From: an uncultured Gemmatimonadales bacterium
GTDB lineage: Bacteria > Gemmatimonadota > Gemmatimonadetes > Gemmatimonadales > Gemmatimonadaceae
Assembly (NCBI GenBank): GCA_963701965.1
Contig: OY969695.1
Coordinates: forward strand, 4,224,001 to 4,288,000
Direction: 5' to 3'
Length of the DNA: 64,000 nt
The translations under genes and the position numbers were made by a program. The notes beneath the pieces are model-generated. The model was given only the letters and a program-made list of their open reading frames with translations. It was not told the origin of the DNA and did not search any database. This document shows, piece by piece, positions 19,804 to 30,235 of this stretch. Positions within the stretch are counted from its first letter, which is position 1; the number at the start of each line of letters is the position of its first letter.

Positions 19804-20271
19804 TTACCTCGAATTCACCTCGAAAATGACCTCCAGCTCGACGGGGGTGCCAAGCGGAAGACTCGCGACGCCATAGACCAAGCGGCACGGGCTCTTGTCT
19901 GGTCCGAACACATCGCGCAGGAGCTCCGACGCCGCGTCAGCGACCTTGGGTTGATCGCGGACGTCGCCCGACGTGGCGACCGATACGCCGAGTCGGACGA
20001 TCCGGGTGACGCGGTCGAGCGATCCCAGGTGCTGCCTCGCGACGGCGAGAACGTTGAGCGCCGCGAGGTACGCCGCCTGGCGGGCCGCGTCCACATCGAG
20101 CTCGGCGCCGAGGCGGCCCGTGAACTTGGCCTGGCGGCCTTCCGTCGGGAGCATCCCGCTCAGAAAGAGCAGGTTGCCGGTCTGTACGGCTTCGACATAG
20201 GTGCCGAATGGCTCAGGCGGCTTCGGGAGCGTCAGCCCCAGCTCCTTTAATCGCTCCTCGGCATCGTTCAT
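19804..20271 (-). CDS. RidA/YjgF family protein
   Basis: GNLLFLSG, VADAASELL, GVASLPLGTPVELE. Confidence 0.9.
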   Translation of the reverse strand: MNDAEERLKELGLTLPKPPEPFGTYVEAVQTGNLLFLSGMLPTEGRQAKFTGRLGAELDVDAARQAAYLAALNVLAVARQHLGSLDRVTRIVRLGVSVATSGDVRDQPKVADAASELLRDVFGPDKSPCRLVYGVASLPLGTPVELEVIFEVNSR

Positions 20272-20306
20272 GTGCGCAACGTGCGCGGGGCACGGAATCC
20301 CAAACC

Positions 20307-20348
20307 ACTACACGATAGTATCGGCGGGCACTGATACTAAAGTATGGT
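20307..20348. promoter_or_regulatory. Two divergent GATACYAWMGTRYRGT boxes
   Basis: GATACTATCGTGTAGT (minus, 20307-20322) and GATACTAAAGTATGGT (plus, 20333-20348). Confidence 0.6.
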
Positions 20349-20405
20349 CCGTCTTCGCCGCGGCCGGGCGTATTCTAATGTTGGCGGCATTGTCCTGGGG
20401 GCCTG

Positions 20406-22070
20406 GTGGACATGGAACTGAGCGGTGGTGAATCAGGGATGTTTTCGAGCGCGTCCATGCTCAACATCCTCAAGCTGATTTTCGCCGGCGCCCCTCTCGC
20501 CGAGGTACTGAGCATCATCGTGCGATTGGTGGAAGCGCAAGGCGATGGCATGTTGAACACCATCTTTCTTCTCGACAAGGATGGAAAAGGGGTCCGCTGC
20601 GCCACGGCGCCAAGCCTTCCCGGATTCATCCCCGCGGTAGGTCGCATTCCGGTCGGCCAGCAATGCGCGTCGTGTGGGACGGCGATTTATCGCCGGGCGC
20701 CGGTCTACGCGACCGACATCATGACGGATCCCCTCTGGGACGACTACCGTCACCTGCTGGTGCCGTTTGGTCTCCGCGCGGTCTGGGCACGGCCTCTCTT
20801 GTCGAGCGAAGGGAAAGTGCTCGGTACCTTCGCCACCTATTACCGCGACGTGCGGAGCCCGAGCCCGACCGACCTGCGGCTGATCGAAAATGCCAGTCAC
20901 ATTGCTGGCATCGCGATCGAGCGCCATCTATATGAGGAACAGCTGTCGCGCAGTGAGACGTTTCTGGCCGAGGCCCAACGTCTCAGCTCCACCGGCAGCT
21001 TTTGTTGGAAAACGGGGACCGACGAAATCACCTGGTCGGACGAGGTCTATCGCATCTTCGAGTTCGATCGCGATACGCCCGTGACGGTCGAACGGATCGC
21101 CGATCGCATCCATCCTGCGGATCTGCCGGAGTTCAGACAGCAGGTCGAGCGATTCCGCCGGGACGGCGGCGATATGGTCTACGACCACCGACTCGAGATG
21201 GCCGATCGCTCGGTCAAATATCTGCACCTTGTCGCCCATGGGACCCGCAACGACCGTGGGCATTGGGAGTATGTCGGCGCGATCCAGGATTTCACGCAGC
21301 GCCGCCTGTCGGAGCAAGCGCTCAGCAAGGTCCAATCGGAGCTGGCCCACGTGGCCAGGGTGACGAGCCTTGGACTGCTGACGGCATCGATCGCGCATGA
21401 AGTGAACCAGCCGTTGTCGGGCATCATCACCAATGCCTCGACTGGCCTCAGAATGCTGGCCGCGGATCCGCCGAACGTCGACGGCGCCCGCGACACCCTG
21501 CGGCGCACGCTGCGCGATGGCAACCGCGCGTCCGATGTGATCACCCGATTGCGGGCGCTGTTCAGCAAGAAGGAGACGACGGTCGAATTGGTGGATGTGA
21601 ACGAGGCGATTCGCGAGGTGGTGGCGTTGTCGTTGAGCAACCTGCACCGGGACCGGGTCACCCTGCGGTTGGAGCTCGCCGACCGCCTTCCCTCGGTGAC
21701 GGGCGACCGCGTCCAGCTGCAGCAGGTCATCCTCAACCTGCTCCTCAATGCCGCCGATGCGATGTCCCAGGTCGACGATCGCCCAAGGGACCTGACGATC
21801 AGAACCGCGGGAGAGGAAGGCGATCAGGTGCGCGTCACGGTGCGGGATACGGGGATAGGTATCGCCTCCCACGATCTCGAGCGGCTGTTCGAGGCGTTCT
21901 ACACGACGAAAACCGACGGGATGGGGATGGGGCTGTCCGTGAGTCGGGCCATTATCGAGCAGCACTGCGGCCGCATGTGGGCGACGCCCAATGACGGCCC
22001 GGGTGCCACGTTTGGTTTGTCTCTGCCGACCGCGATGTCCGCACTCCCGCCGGAGTATTGTGATGATTGA
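20406..22070 (+). CDS. GAF-PAS sensor histidine kinase (NodV/FixL-like C-terminus)
   Basis: GAF (SCGTAIY), PAS/PAC, IAHEVNQPL H-box, DTGIG, GMGMGLS. Confidence 0.92.
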   Translation: MDMELSGGESGMFSSASMLNILKLIFAGAPLAEVLSIIVRLVEAQGDGMLNTIFLLDKDGKGVRCATAPSLPGFIPAVGRIPVGQQCASCGTAIYRRAPVYATDIMTDPLWDDYRHLLVPFGLRAVWARPLLSSEGKVLGTFATYYRDVRSPSPTDLRLIENASHIAGIAIERHLYEEQLSRSETFLAEAQRLSSTGSFCWKTGTDEITWSDEVYRIFEFDRDTPVTVERIADRIHPADLPEFRQQVERFRRDGGDMVYDHRLEMADRSVKYLHLVAHGTRNDRGHWEYVGAIQDFTQRRLSEQALSKVQSELAHVARVTSLGLLTASIAHEVNQPLSGIITNASTGLRMLAADPPNVDGARDTLRRTLRDGNRASDVITRLRALFSKKETTVELVDVNEAIREVVALSLSNLHRDRVTLRLELADRLPSVTGDRVQLQQVILNLLLNAADAMSQVDDRPRDLTIRTAGEEGDQVRVTVRDTGIGIASHDLERLFEAFYTTKTDGMGMGLSVSRAIIEQHCGRMWATPNDGPGATFGLSLPTAMSALPPEYCDD

Positions 22071-22434
22071 CCCGTCGGTCGCAACACTGATCACCGTCGT
22101 CGATGACGACGAGTCCGTGCGCGAGTCGCTGCCGGAATTGCTGCAGCAATACGGCTTTGCGACGCAGGCCTTCGCGTCAGCCGAGGCGTTCCTGGCGTCG
22201 GAATATGTCGACCGGACCCAGTGTCTCATTCTCGACATCGCCATGCCGCGTATGACCGGGCCGGCGCTCCAGCGGGAGCTCGTGCGGCGCCGGCAAGCCA
22301 TGCCGATCGTTTTCATCACGGCGCATGCCGATTTTCCCGCGCTCTCGGATGCAGACGCCGCGCGCTGCCTGCTCAAGCCATTCAGCGAGGCGTCCTTGCT
22401 GGACGCGGTCAACGCCGCGTTACGTGCGAGCTGA
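22063..22434 (+). CDS. Single-domain response regulator
   Basis: VVDDD, LILDIAMP, FITA, LKPF. Confidence 0.9.
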   Translation: MIDPSVATLITVVDDDESVRESLPELLQQYGFATQAFASAEAFLASEYVDRTQCLILDIAMPRMTGPALQRELVRRRQAMPIVFITAHADFPALSDADAARCLLKPFSEASLLDAVNAALRAS

Positions 22435-22446
22435 TCCCCAAGACCA

Positions 22447-23076
22447 ATGCCACACGCCACGCCGATCGTGTTCGTCGTCAATGACGATGTCTCGGTGCGC
22501 GAGTCGCTCGAAGCGCTGATCCGATGCGCCGGCTGGAAAGTCGAGACATTCGCGTCCGCCGGAGCGTTTCTCGCCCGCGCCCGTGTCAATGTGCCGAACT
22601 GCCTGGTCCTCAATGTCTCGCTGCCGGACATCAGTGGCCTCGACCTCCAGACGTGCGTCGCCGGCCATCGCCTCGAGACCCCCATCATCTTCATTACAGG
22701 GCACGGCGACGTGCCGATGACCGTCCGGGCAATGAAGGCTGGGGCGATCGAGTTCCTGACCAAGCCGTTCGGCGATGAGGTATTGCTCGACGCGATCCGG
22801 GTGTGTGTCGAGCGCAGTCGCGGCGCGCTGGAGGAGGAGGCGGGACGACGAGCGCTGCGCGCCTGCTACGGCGCGCTGACGAGTCGCGAGCGGGAGGTCA
22901 TGACTCTGGTCGTCTCGGGCCTCATGAACAAACAGATCGCCCTCGAGCTCGGCATCAGTGAGATCACGGTGAAGTGGCACCGGGGAAGCGTGATGCGAAA
23001 GATGAAGGCGGACTCTCTCGCCGACTTGGTGCGCAGGGCCGCGGCACTCGACATCGCCCTCGTCACACCCGAGTGA
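22447..23076 (+). CDS. FixJ/NodW-like LuxR response regulator with phosphoacceptor Asp to Asn change
   Basis: VVNDD, CLVLNVSLP, FITGHGD, LTSREREV, NKQIALELGISEITVK. Confidence 0.88.
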   Translation: MPHATPIVFVVNDDVSVRESLEALIRCAGWKVETFASAGAFLARARVNVPNCLVLNVSLPDISGLDLQTCVAGHRLETPIIFITGHGDVPMTVRAMKAGAIEFLTKPFGDEVLLDAIRVCVERSRGALEEEAGRRALRACYGALTSREREVMTLVVSGLMNKQIALELGISEITVKWHRGSVMRKMKADSLADLVRRAAALDIALVTPE

Positions 23077-23090
23077 TACCAACGTACAGT
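23075..23090 (+). promoter_or_regulatory. Third box, GATACCAACGTACAGT, upstream of the catalase-like operon
   Basis: Matches the two boxes at 20307-20348. Confidence 0.55.
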
Positions 23091-23124
23091 AGCCTCGCGG
23101 TGGCGTGCCGCTTTAGTTCTGCTC

Positions 23125-24150
23125 ATGATTATGAAGCAATGCATCCTGCCCGCCCTTCTCGTGGCGATGCCTGCGTTGTCGCAGGCGCCGGCGACGCCGG
23201 CGAAAAGTCTCCCGCAGCATATTGCCGATGACTTCATCGCGTTAGCCGAGGGCGCCCACCCCGGCTATCGCATCGCGCACGCCAAGGGCATCGTCGTGAC
23301 GGGGACGTTCACGCCCGCGCCCGGCGCGACGTCGCTGAGCCGCGCGCCTCACCTCTCGGTGGCATCTACCCCGGTCGTCGCCCGCTATTCGAACGCCAGC
23401 GGCCTGCCGACCGTCGCCGACAACGATCCCCACGCGACGATCCGCGGTCTCGCGCTGCGCTTCCAGTTGCCGAACGGCGCTTTCACGGACATCGTCGCGA
23501 ACTCGCACAACGGCTTCGCCGTCGGTACCGGCGAAGACTTCGCCGCATTCCTCGACGCGGTACTCGCCACCAAGCCCGATAGCAAGCACCCATCGCCGAT
23601 CGAGGCATTCCTCGGCGCCCATCCGGCCGCCCGGAGGTTCGTGACCGACCCCGCGCCGGTGCCGGTCAGCTATGGCTCGGAGGAGTACTATGGCAACGAC
23701 GCGTTCATCTTCGTCAACGCGCAAAACGTGAAACAGGCCGGCCGCTACCGGCTTGTCCCTGTCGGCGGCGCAAAACACCTGGACTCGGCCGCCGCGGCCA
23801 AGGTGCCGGCCAACTACCTCGAAGACGAGATCGCGCGCCGGCTGGCGAAGGAGCCGATCAAGATTCGCGTGCTCGTGCAACTCCCAGGGGCGGGCGACCC
23901 GACGTCTGATGCCTCGGTGGTCTGGCCGGACGACCGCAAGCTCGTGGAGCTTGGCGTCGTCACGCTCACGACTGTCGCTCCGGACAACGCCGAGACGCAG
24001 CGGAAGCTCCAATTCAATCCGGTCTACCTGTGTGATGGGGTTCAGCTTTCCGATGACCCATTGCCGGCGCTTCGGTCCGCCGTGTACGCGTTGTCGGTCC
24101 AACACCGCGTGAACGTGACGGTGGCCAAACCTTCAACGAAAGGGGAATGA
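23125..24150 (+). CDS. Periplasmic catalase-related peroxidase (SrpA-like)
   Basis: Signal peptide; RIAHAKG, RGLALRF, DPLPALRSAVY. Confidence 0.88.
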   Translation: MIMKQCILPALLVAMPALSQAPATPAKSLPQHIADDFIALAEGAHPGYRIAHAKGIVVTGTFTPAPGATSLSRAPHLSVASTPVVARYSNASGLPTVADNDPHATIRGLALRFQLPNGAFTDIVANSHNGFAVGTGEDFAAFLDAVLATKPDSKHPSPIEAFLGAHPAARRFVTDPAPVPVSYGSEEYYGNDAFIFVNAQNVKQAGRYRLVPVGGAKHLDSAAAAKVPANYLEDEIARRLAKEPIKIRVLVQLPGAGDPTSDASVVWPDDRKLVELGVVTLTTVAPDNAETQRKLQFNPVYLCDGVQLSDDPLPALRSAVYALSVQHRVNVTVAKPSTKGE

Positions 24151-24154
24151 TCCC

Positions 24155-25000
24155 ATGGGCATCGCCATTGCGCGCGAATCAGGGAACGTCGTCACCGTGG
24201 GACGCGAGAACTCCACCCCGATCGACCTGTACTACGAAGATCACGGCACCGGCAAGCCCGTGATTCTGATCCATGGTTATCCGCTGAGCGGCGCGTCATG
24301 GGAAAAGCAGGTGCCGGCGCTGCTGGCCGCGGGCCACCGCGTCATTACCTACGATCGCCGCGGCTTCGGGAAATCGAGCCAACCAACGGTTGGTTACGAC
24401 TACGACACGTTCGCCGACGACTTGCGCATGCTCATCACCCAGCTGGACCTGAGCGACGTGGCACTCGTGGGTTTCTCCATGGGTGGCGGCGAAGTCGCCC
24501 GCTACCTCGGCAAGTACGGCTCGGACGGAGTGCGCCGAGCCGGCATCATCGCCGGCGTGACGCCGTATTTGCTCGAGAGCGTGCCGCAGGCCGTCTTCGA
24601 CGGCCTCGAAGCCGCGGCCACCGCCGACCGGTACGCGTTCTTCTCGGAATTCTTCAAGAACTTCTATAACACCGACGTTCTGCTGGGGAAGCGCGTCAGC
24701 CCGGAGGCGGTGCAGGCGAGCATGGCGGTCGCGAGCCGAAGCTCGGCGTTCGCGACGACGGCTTGTATCCGGACGTGGTATACGGATTTTCGTGCGGATC
24801 TGGCGCGGGTCGACATCCCGGCACTCATCATGCACGGTGACCAGGATCGGATTGTGCCGATCGCCGTCGCTGGCGCCAAGAGCGCCCAGCTCATCAAGGG
24901 TGCAAAGTACGTGGTCGTCAAGGACGGCCCCCACAATATCGCGTGGACTCATGCGGACGTCGTCAACCCCGAGCTGGTCGCCTTCCTGAGCGGAGACTGA
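24155..25000 (+). CDS. Non-heme haloperoxidase/perhydrolase alpha/beta hydrolase
   Basis: HGYPLSG, YDRRGFGKSSQP, GFSMGG, HGDQD, GPH. Confidence 0.9.
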   Translation: MGIAIARESGNVVTVGRENSTPIDLYYEDHGTGKPVILIHGYPLSGASWEKQVPALLAAGHRVITYDRRGFGKSSQPTVGYDYDTFADDLRMLITQLDLSDVALVGFSMGGGEVARYLGKYGSDGVRRAGIIAGVTPYLLESVPQAVFDGLEAAATADRYAFFSEFFKNFYNTDVLLGKRVSPEAVQASMAVASRSSAFATTACIRTWYTDFRADLARVDIPALIMHGDQDRIVPIAVAGAKSAQLIKGAKYVVVKDGPHNIAWTHADVVNPELVAFLSGD

Positions 25001-25007
25001 GGGATTC

Positions 25008-25985
25008 ATGTCGCACCACTACTCGGGTCCTGACTTCGGCTTCCCGCACGGGGACGCTCGTCTCGATTTCACCGATCTCTATGCGTTCCCCAAGCCGGAC
25101 GATGCCGCGAAATCGATCCTGATCATGAATGTGCACCCGTCGGTCGGCGTGAATCCAACGGGTCCGACGACACCAGTGCCGTTCGCGCCCGAGGCCCTGT
25201 ACGAGCTCAGGATCGACTTGGACGGCAATGCGGTCCCCGATCTTACGTACCAGATCCGTTTCTCAGCCTCCAACGACGGAACACAGATCGGGACCGTACG
25301 CCGCATCACCGGCGCTCTGGCGGCCGGGGCCAGCGACGCCGGCGCGGTGATTGTCGCGCGGGCCCCCGTGTCGACGGGATCGGAGTCGCACGTGACGAAA
25401 TCCGGCGATTACCGGTTCTTCGCCGGATGGCGGAGCGATCCGTTCTTCTTCGATGTCGAGGGTGCGCTCAGCCAGCATTTCACCGGTGCGGATTTCTTCG
25501 GTGACAAGGACATTTGTGGCATCGTCCTGGAGGTCCCGAATGCCGACCTCGGGTCGGGTCCCGTCGGAGTATGGGCTCGCACGTTGGTGAGTGACGCAGG
25601 GAAATGGGTGTAAGTAGACCGCGGGGCTCGGCCCCAACAGGAACCCTTTCTCGCCGGCGATGAGAAGGCGGCCTACCTCGCGGGCGAGCCGGCGGACGAT
25701 GCGCGCTTCGTCGCCGTGTTCGCGCACTCTTTGGAACACTCGGGTGGGCGCACCCCGGAGGACGCGACCCGCGTAGCCCGCACGCTGCTGCCCGACATCC
25801 CGACCTATGATCCCAAGCGTCCGGCTTCGTTTCCCAACAACGGTCGGAGCCTCACCGACGATGTCGTGGACGTGTTCTTTGCGATCTTCTCCAACGGAAA
25901 AGTGACGCGCGACGAGGTCGGGCCGCACACGGACTTGCTCAGCACGTTCCCGTATCTCGGGCCGCCGCACATACCGGTCCGCTAA
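25008..25985 (+). pseudogene. DUF4331-like protein with in-frame TAA at 25611-25613
   Basis: MSHH, DFTDLYAF, FFAGWRSDPFFFD, WV*VDR, NGRSLTDDVVD, FPYLGPPH; same frame on both sides of the stop. Confidence 0.75.
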
Positions 25986-26021
25986 AGCCGGGCAACTCTA
26001 GTGAGCGCGGCCGTTCTCGGG

Positions 26022-27023
26022 TCAACACTCTTTCGCGTCGACAAACGGCATCATCCGGCGGAGTCTCTTGCCGATGCGCTCGATCGGATGCTCCACGTCG
26101 CGCGAACGCCAGTCGGTGAAGCTTACGCGTCCGCTCTCATTTTCAGCCATCCAACGCCGGGCAAACGCGCCACTCTGGATGTCGGCCAAGAGCGCCCGCA
26201 TGACGGCACGCGTCTCGTCGCCGACGATGCGCGGCCCCGCGGTGTAGTCACCGTATTCGGCGGTGTCCGATACCGAGTATCGCATGTAGCTGAGGCCCCC
26301 CTGGTACATGAGATCGACGATGAGCTTGAGCTCGTGGAGGCACTCGAAGTAGGCGATTTCGGGCTGATAGCCGGCGTCGACGAGGGTCTCGAAGCCGGCT
26401 TTGACCAATGCGGCCACGCCGCCACAGAGTACGGCCTGCTCGCCGAACAGATCGGTCTCGGTTTCCTCGGCGAACGTCGTCTCGATCACACCGGCGCGCG
26501 TGCACCCGATGCCCTTGGCATAGGCCAGAGCGTCTCTCAGGGCCTGACCGGACGCGTCCTGATGCACGGCGACGAGCGCGGGCACCCCGCCGCCCTGCAC
26601 GAACACTTCGCGGACGCGGTGTCCGGGCGCCTTGGGCGCGACCATGCTCACGTCGACGCCGTCCGGTGCCGCGATCTGGCCGTACCGGACGCTGAACCCG
26701 TGGGCGAACATCAACGTCTTGCCGGGCGCGAGCGCGGGCGCGACCTCGGCGTCATAGAGGCTCCGCTGGCTGTGGTCCGGCGCGAGGATCATAATGAGCT
26801 GCGCCTCGCGCGCCGCCTCGCCCGCGGACAAGACGCGGAGTCCCTGGTCGGTCGCTCTCCGTCGGCTCGCTGACGCGACCGGGAGACCGACGCGGACATC
26901 GAGGCCGTTATCCCGCAGGTTGAGGGCGTGGGCATGCCCCTGGCTGCCGTACCCGATGATGGCAATCGGCCGGCCAGCGAGTCGGTTCAGGTCGGCTTGG
27001 GGCTCGTAGTAAAGTGTCGCCAT
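26022..27023 (-). CDS. ilvC: Ketol-acid reductoisomerase
   Basis: [44 protein letters not shown]. Confidence 0.97.
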   Translation of the reverse strand: MATLYYEPQADLNRLAGRPIAIIGYGSQGHAHALNLRDNGLDVRVGLPVASASRRRATDQGLRVLSAGEAAREAQLIMILAPDHSQRSLYDAEVAPALAPGKTLMFAHGFSVRYGQIAAPDGVDVSMVAPKAPGHRVREVFVQGGGVPALVAVHQDASGQALRDALAYAKGIGCTRAGVIETTFAEETETDLFGEQAVLCGGVAALVKAGFETLVDAGYQPEIAYFECLHELKLIVDLMYQGGLSYMRYSVSDTAEYGDYTAGPRIVGDETRAVMRALLADIQSGAFARRWMAENESGRVSFTDWRSRDVEHPIERIGKRLRRMMPFVDAKEC

Positions 27024-27027
27024 TGCC

Positions 27028-27552
27028 TTAGTAGCCCACCCCGTCGGCTTGGGCCGCCCAAGAGCGATCCGTTCGGATCGTCAGTGCGGTCCCTCGCAGC
27101 ATGGTGATACGACCGGTTCGGATCATCTCGGTGATCCCGATCGGGCGCACGAGCCCCACGAACCGTTCGATCGCCTCCGGTGTGTCGGTCAGCTCGAGCA
27201 CGGCGCTCGCCGTCCCGATGTCGACGATCCGCGCGCGGTGCGCGGTGGCGAGCGCGATCAGTGGGGCGCGCGTCGCCGCGGTGGCGTGCACCTTGATGAG
27301 TAGCGTCTCGCGATCGACGGTCGTGTCCTGGGTCACGTCCTGCACATTCAGCACCTCGATTAATCGGTTGAGCTGCTTGACGACCTGCGCCACGTCGGCA
27401 TCGACGACGAGAGTCAAGCGACTGACATCGGGGATCCCGCATGGACCGACGGTGAGGCTGGCAATGTTGTAGCCCCTCCGGCGAAAGAGACTCACGATGC
27501 GGTGCAGCACCCCGGGGTGATCCCGGACCAGCGCGATTATGGTGTGAACCAT
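27028..27552 (-). CDS. ilvN: Acetolactate synthase small subunit
   Basis: [38 protein letters not shown]. Confidence 0.95.
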   Translation of the reverse strand: MVHTIIALVRDHPGVLHRIVSLFRRRGYNIASLTVGPCGIPDVSRLTLVVDADVAQVVKQLNRLIEVLNVQDVTQDTTVDRETLLIKVHATAATRAPLIALATAHRARIVDIGTASAVLELTDTPEAIERFVGLVRPIGITEMIRTGRITMLRGTALTIRTDRSWAAQADGVGY

Positions 27553-27562
27553 GGGGATCGTC

Positions 27563-29297
27563 CTAGGCGTCCTGGCCGACGCCGACCAGCATCTCGCCGA
27601 GGCTTTTGCCCTGGGGGACGATGGGGAAGACATTCACGGCGCGTTCGACGCGGAAATCGATGACGACCACGCCGTCGTGCGCCCATGATTCCCCGATCGC
27701 GGCGTCGACATGCTCCGGACGCTCGACCGTGAGCCCCCGCACGCCATACGCCTGGGCCAGTTGGGCGAAGTCCGGCCCCGACAAGAGCGTTCCACTGTAC
27801 CGCTTGTTCTCGAACAACTCCTGCCACTGCCGGACCATCCCGAGACAGCCGTTGTTGATCACGGCGATTTTGACGTTGCGAATGCCTTCTTGGACCATCG
27901 TGGCCAGTTCCTGATTGGTCATCTGGAACCCGCCATCGCCGACAATGACCCACACCGTCTCCTCGGGATGGGCGATGGCCACGCCGAGGGCGGCTGGCAC
28001 CGCGAATCCCATCGTCCCGGCGCCGCCCGATGTGATGTGCGTGCGCGGCCGACGCCACTCCAGCAGTTGGGCAGCCCACATTCTGGTGCTGGCCAACATC
28101 GGTGACCACGCGATAGTCTCCGCGCGCGTCGAACGCGCGGTTGAGGGCCGCGTAGACGTCTTGCGGCATCAACGCCGGCGTTGCGGGCCGGGTGACGACT
28201 TGATGACGTCCCTGATATCGGGACTGGAGCTGCCGGATGTACGCGAGCCAGTGGGATACGTCGCCCGGTGGCGTCCCGTCAAGGAGCGCCAGCATGGCGC
28301 GCAGCACACGGCGCGCGTCCCCGACGATAGGGAGCGCGGTGCGCACGTTCTTGCCGATCTCCGACGGATCGATATCGACGTGGATGATGTGGGCGTGCGG
28401 GGCAAACTTGGCGGCGTTGCCGGTGACGCGATCGTCGAACCGGCCGCCGATATTCAACAGAATGTCACAGGCCTGGATCGCCCGGTTCACGTGGACCCAG
28501 CCGTGCATGCCGGGCATTCCGAGATTGAGCGCGTGATCCTCCGGGAATGCCCCGAGTCCGTGAAGTGTGGTAATGACCGGGATCCCGGTCTGCTCGGCGA
28601 GCGCCCGGAGCTCGTCCGCGGCGCCACTCTGGATCACACCGTTCCCAGCCATGATGAGCGGCCGCTCGGCCCGACGAATACAATCGACGGCGGCGCGGAT
28701 CGCCATCGGGTCGGGGTCGTACAATGGTGCATATCCGGGCAAGTCCACGGGCCAATGCCATTGCGGGACAGCGCGCGCCTGCTGCGCATCCTTCGTTACG
28801 TCGATCAGCACCGGACCGGCTCGGCCGGTCGTCGCCAGATGGAACGCTTCCCGGAAGACCGCCGGCAGATCGTCGGCGCGCCTCACGAGATAATTGTGCT
28901 TGGTGATGGGAACCGTGATCCCCGTGATGTCGGTCTCCTGAAAAGCGTCGCTGCCCAGCACGGCGCTCGATACCTGGCCAGTGATCGCGACGAGTGGTGT
29001 CGAATCCATCCACGCATCAGAGATCGCGGTCACCAGGTTCGTCGCGCCGGGTCCGCTGGTCGCGACGCACACGCCGGGCCGGCCGGTGGCGCGCGCGTAC
29101 CCCTCGGCGGCGTGGCCGGCGCCTTGCTCGTGGCGACACAGCACGTGGTGCAACCGGTCGCGAAAGTCGTACATCGCGTGATAGAACGGCATGATCGCGC
29201 CGCCCGGCACGCCGAACATCACCGTGACCCCTTCGCGGACGAGGGCTTCGCACATGATCTGCGCACCAGTGCGCGTGTCAGGCATGGGGGAGTGCAT
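27563..29297 (-). CDS. ilvB: Acetolactate synthase large subunit, +1 frameshift at ~28082
   Basis: RHEQGAGHAAEGYAR, TSGPGATN, GMPGMHG, TDVGQHQ|MWAAQ, GDGGFQMT..NN. Confidence 0.95.
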
Positions 29298-29313
29298 GAG
29301 AAGTCGTGAGGGT

Positions 29314-29344
29314 AAAAACGAAAACCCCTCCCGCGAGGGAGGGG
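29314..29344 (-). terminator. Attenuator terminator of the ilv leader
   Basis: CCCCTCCC-TCGC-GGGAGGGG-TTTTCGTTTTT just upstream of ilvB. Confidence 0.85.
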
Positions 29345-29374
29345 TGGTGGTGTCGAGTCGATCGCTGCCGATCG

Positions 29375-29458
29375 CTAACCCATCGTCCTCCCACGCGCCG
29401 ATACTCCCCCGTTAATGAGGAGGACTACGAGAATGAGGAAGAGGGTGGCGGGCAGCAT
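29375..29458 (-). CDS. ilv operon leader peptide (27 aa) MLPATLFLILVVLLINGGVSARGRTMG
   Basis: Run of Leu/Ile/Val codons followed by a terminator, directly upstream of ilvB. Confidence 0.85.
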   Translation of the reverse strand: MLPATLFLILVVLLINGGVSARGRTMG

Positions 29459-29589
29459 CTCGAACGAACTTTGCATCACGCTTCGCGTCTGTCAACGTGG
29501 AGTGCACCACCGGGCGATGCTCGACAGACCGCGCGCGAGCCGGCACGTTTGGTGCGCCTGGAGAGGCGCCCATTTCCTGGAGACCCGAC

Positions 29590-30229
29590 ATGTCCAAGCT
29601 GCGCCTGCGTATCTCGATGTCCTTCGACGGCTACACGTCGGGACCCGACCAGAGTCCCAAAGCGCCGCTGGGCGTCGGGGGCGAGCGGCTCCACGAGTGG
29701 GTCTTTGTCCTGCGCGTCTGGAGGGAGGCCCATGGCAAGACCGGGGGCGAGGACAACGAGAGCTCGCGGGTGGTCGAGGCCGAGCTCGCGAACATCGGCG
29801 CGACGATCATGGGGCGCCACATGTTCGGGGGTCACCCCGGCGGAATGGGACGCCAACAAGCCGTGGAACGGCTGGTGGGGGCAGAACCCGCCCTTCCATC
29901 ACCCGGTGTTCGTGCTCACGCACCACGAGCGCGCGCCGCTCACGATGGACGGCGGCACGACTTTTCATTTCGTGACGAACGGGATCGAGTCGGCGCTCGA
30001 CCAGGCGCGCCGCGCCGCGGGCGGCAAGGACGTCGCGCTCGCCGGCGGCGCCACGATCTGCCAGCAATATCTCCAGGCCGGTCTCGTGGACGAGATGCTC
30101 ATCCACCAGGCCCCCATTGTCCTCGGCTCCGGTGAACGGCTCTTCGAAGGGGTGAACGACCTCCATGGCCTCCACCTCGTCGAGACCGTCGCCGCGCCCA
30201 ACGTGACGCATTTTAAGTTCCTCAAGTAG
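29590..30229 (+). CDS. RibD C-terminal/dihydrofolate reductase family protein, +1 frameshift at ~29844
   Basis: ISMSFDGY, GATIMGRHMF, PVFVLTH, AGGATICQQYLQAGLVDE, PIVLGSGERLF. Confidence 0.88.
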
Positions 30230-30235
30230 GCGTGC

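Noticed and set aside
20928..22763. Long antisense ORFs (611 aa here; also 7492-8994 and 27915-29309)
   Set aside because: Shadow frames of real genes, expected in high-GC DNA, with no family motifs
27563..29297. ilvB as a pseudogene or programmed frameshift
   Set aside because: One extra base in the recurrent CRGAATG context, no slippery run, and an intact operon and attenuator favour an artefact
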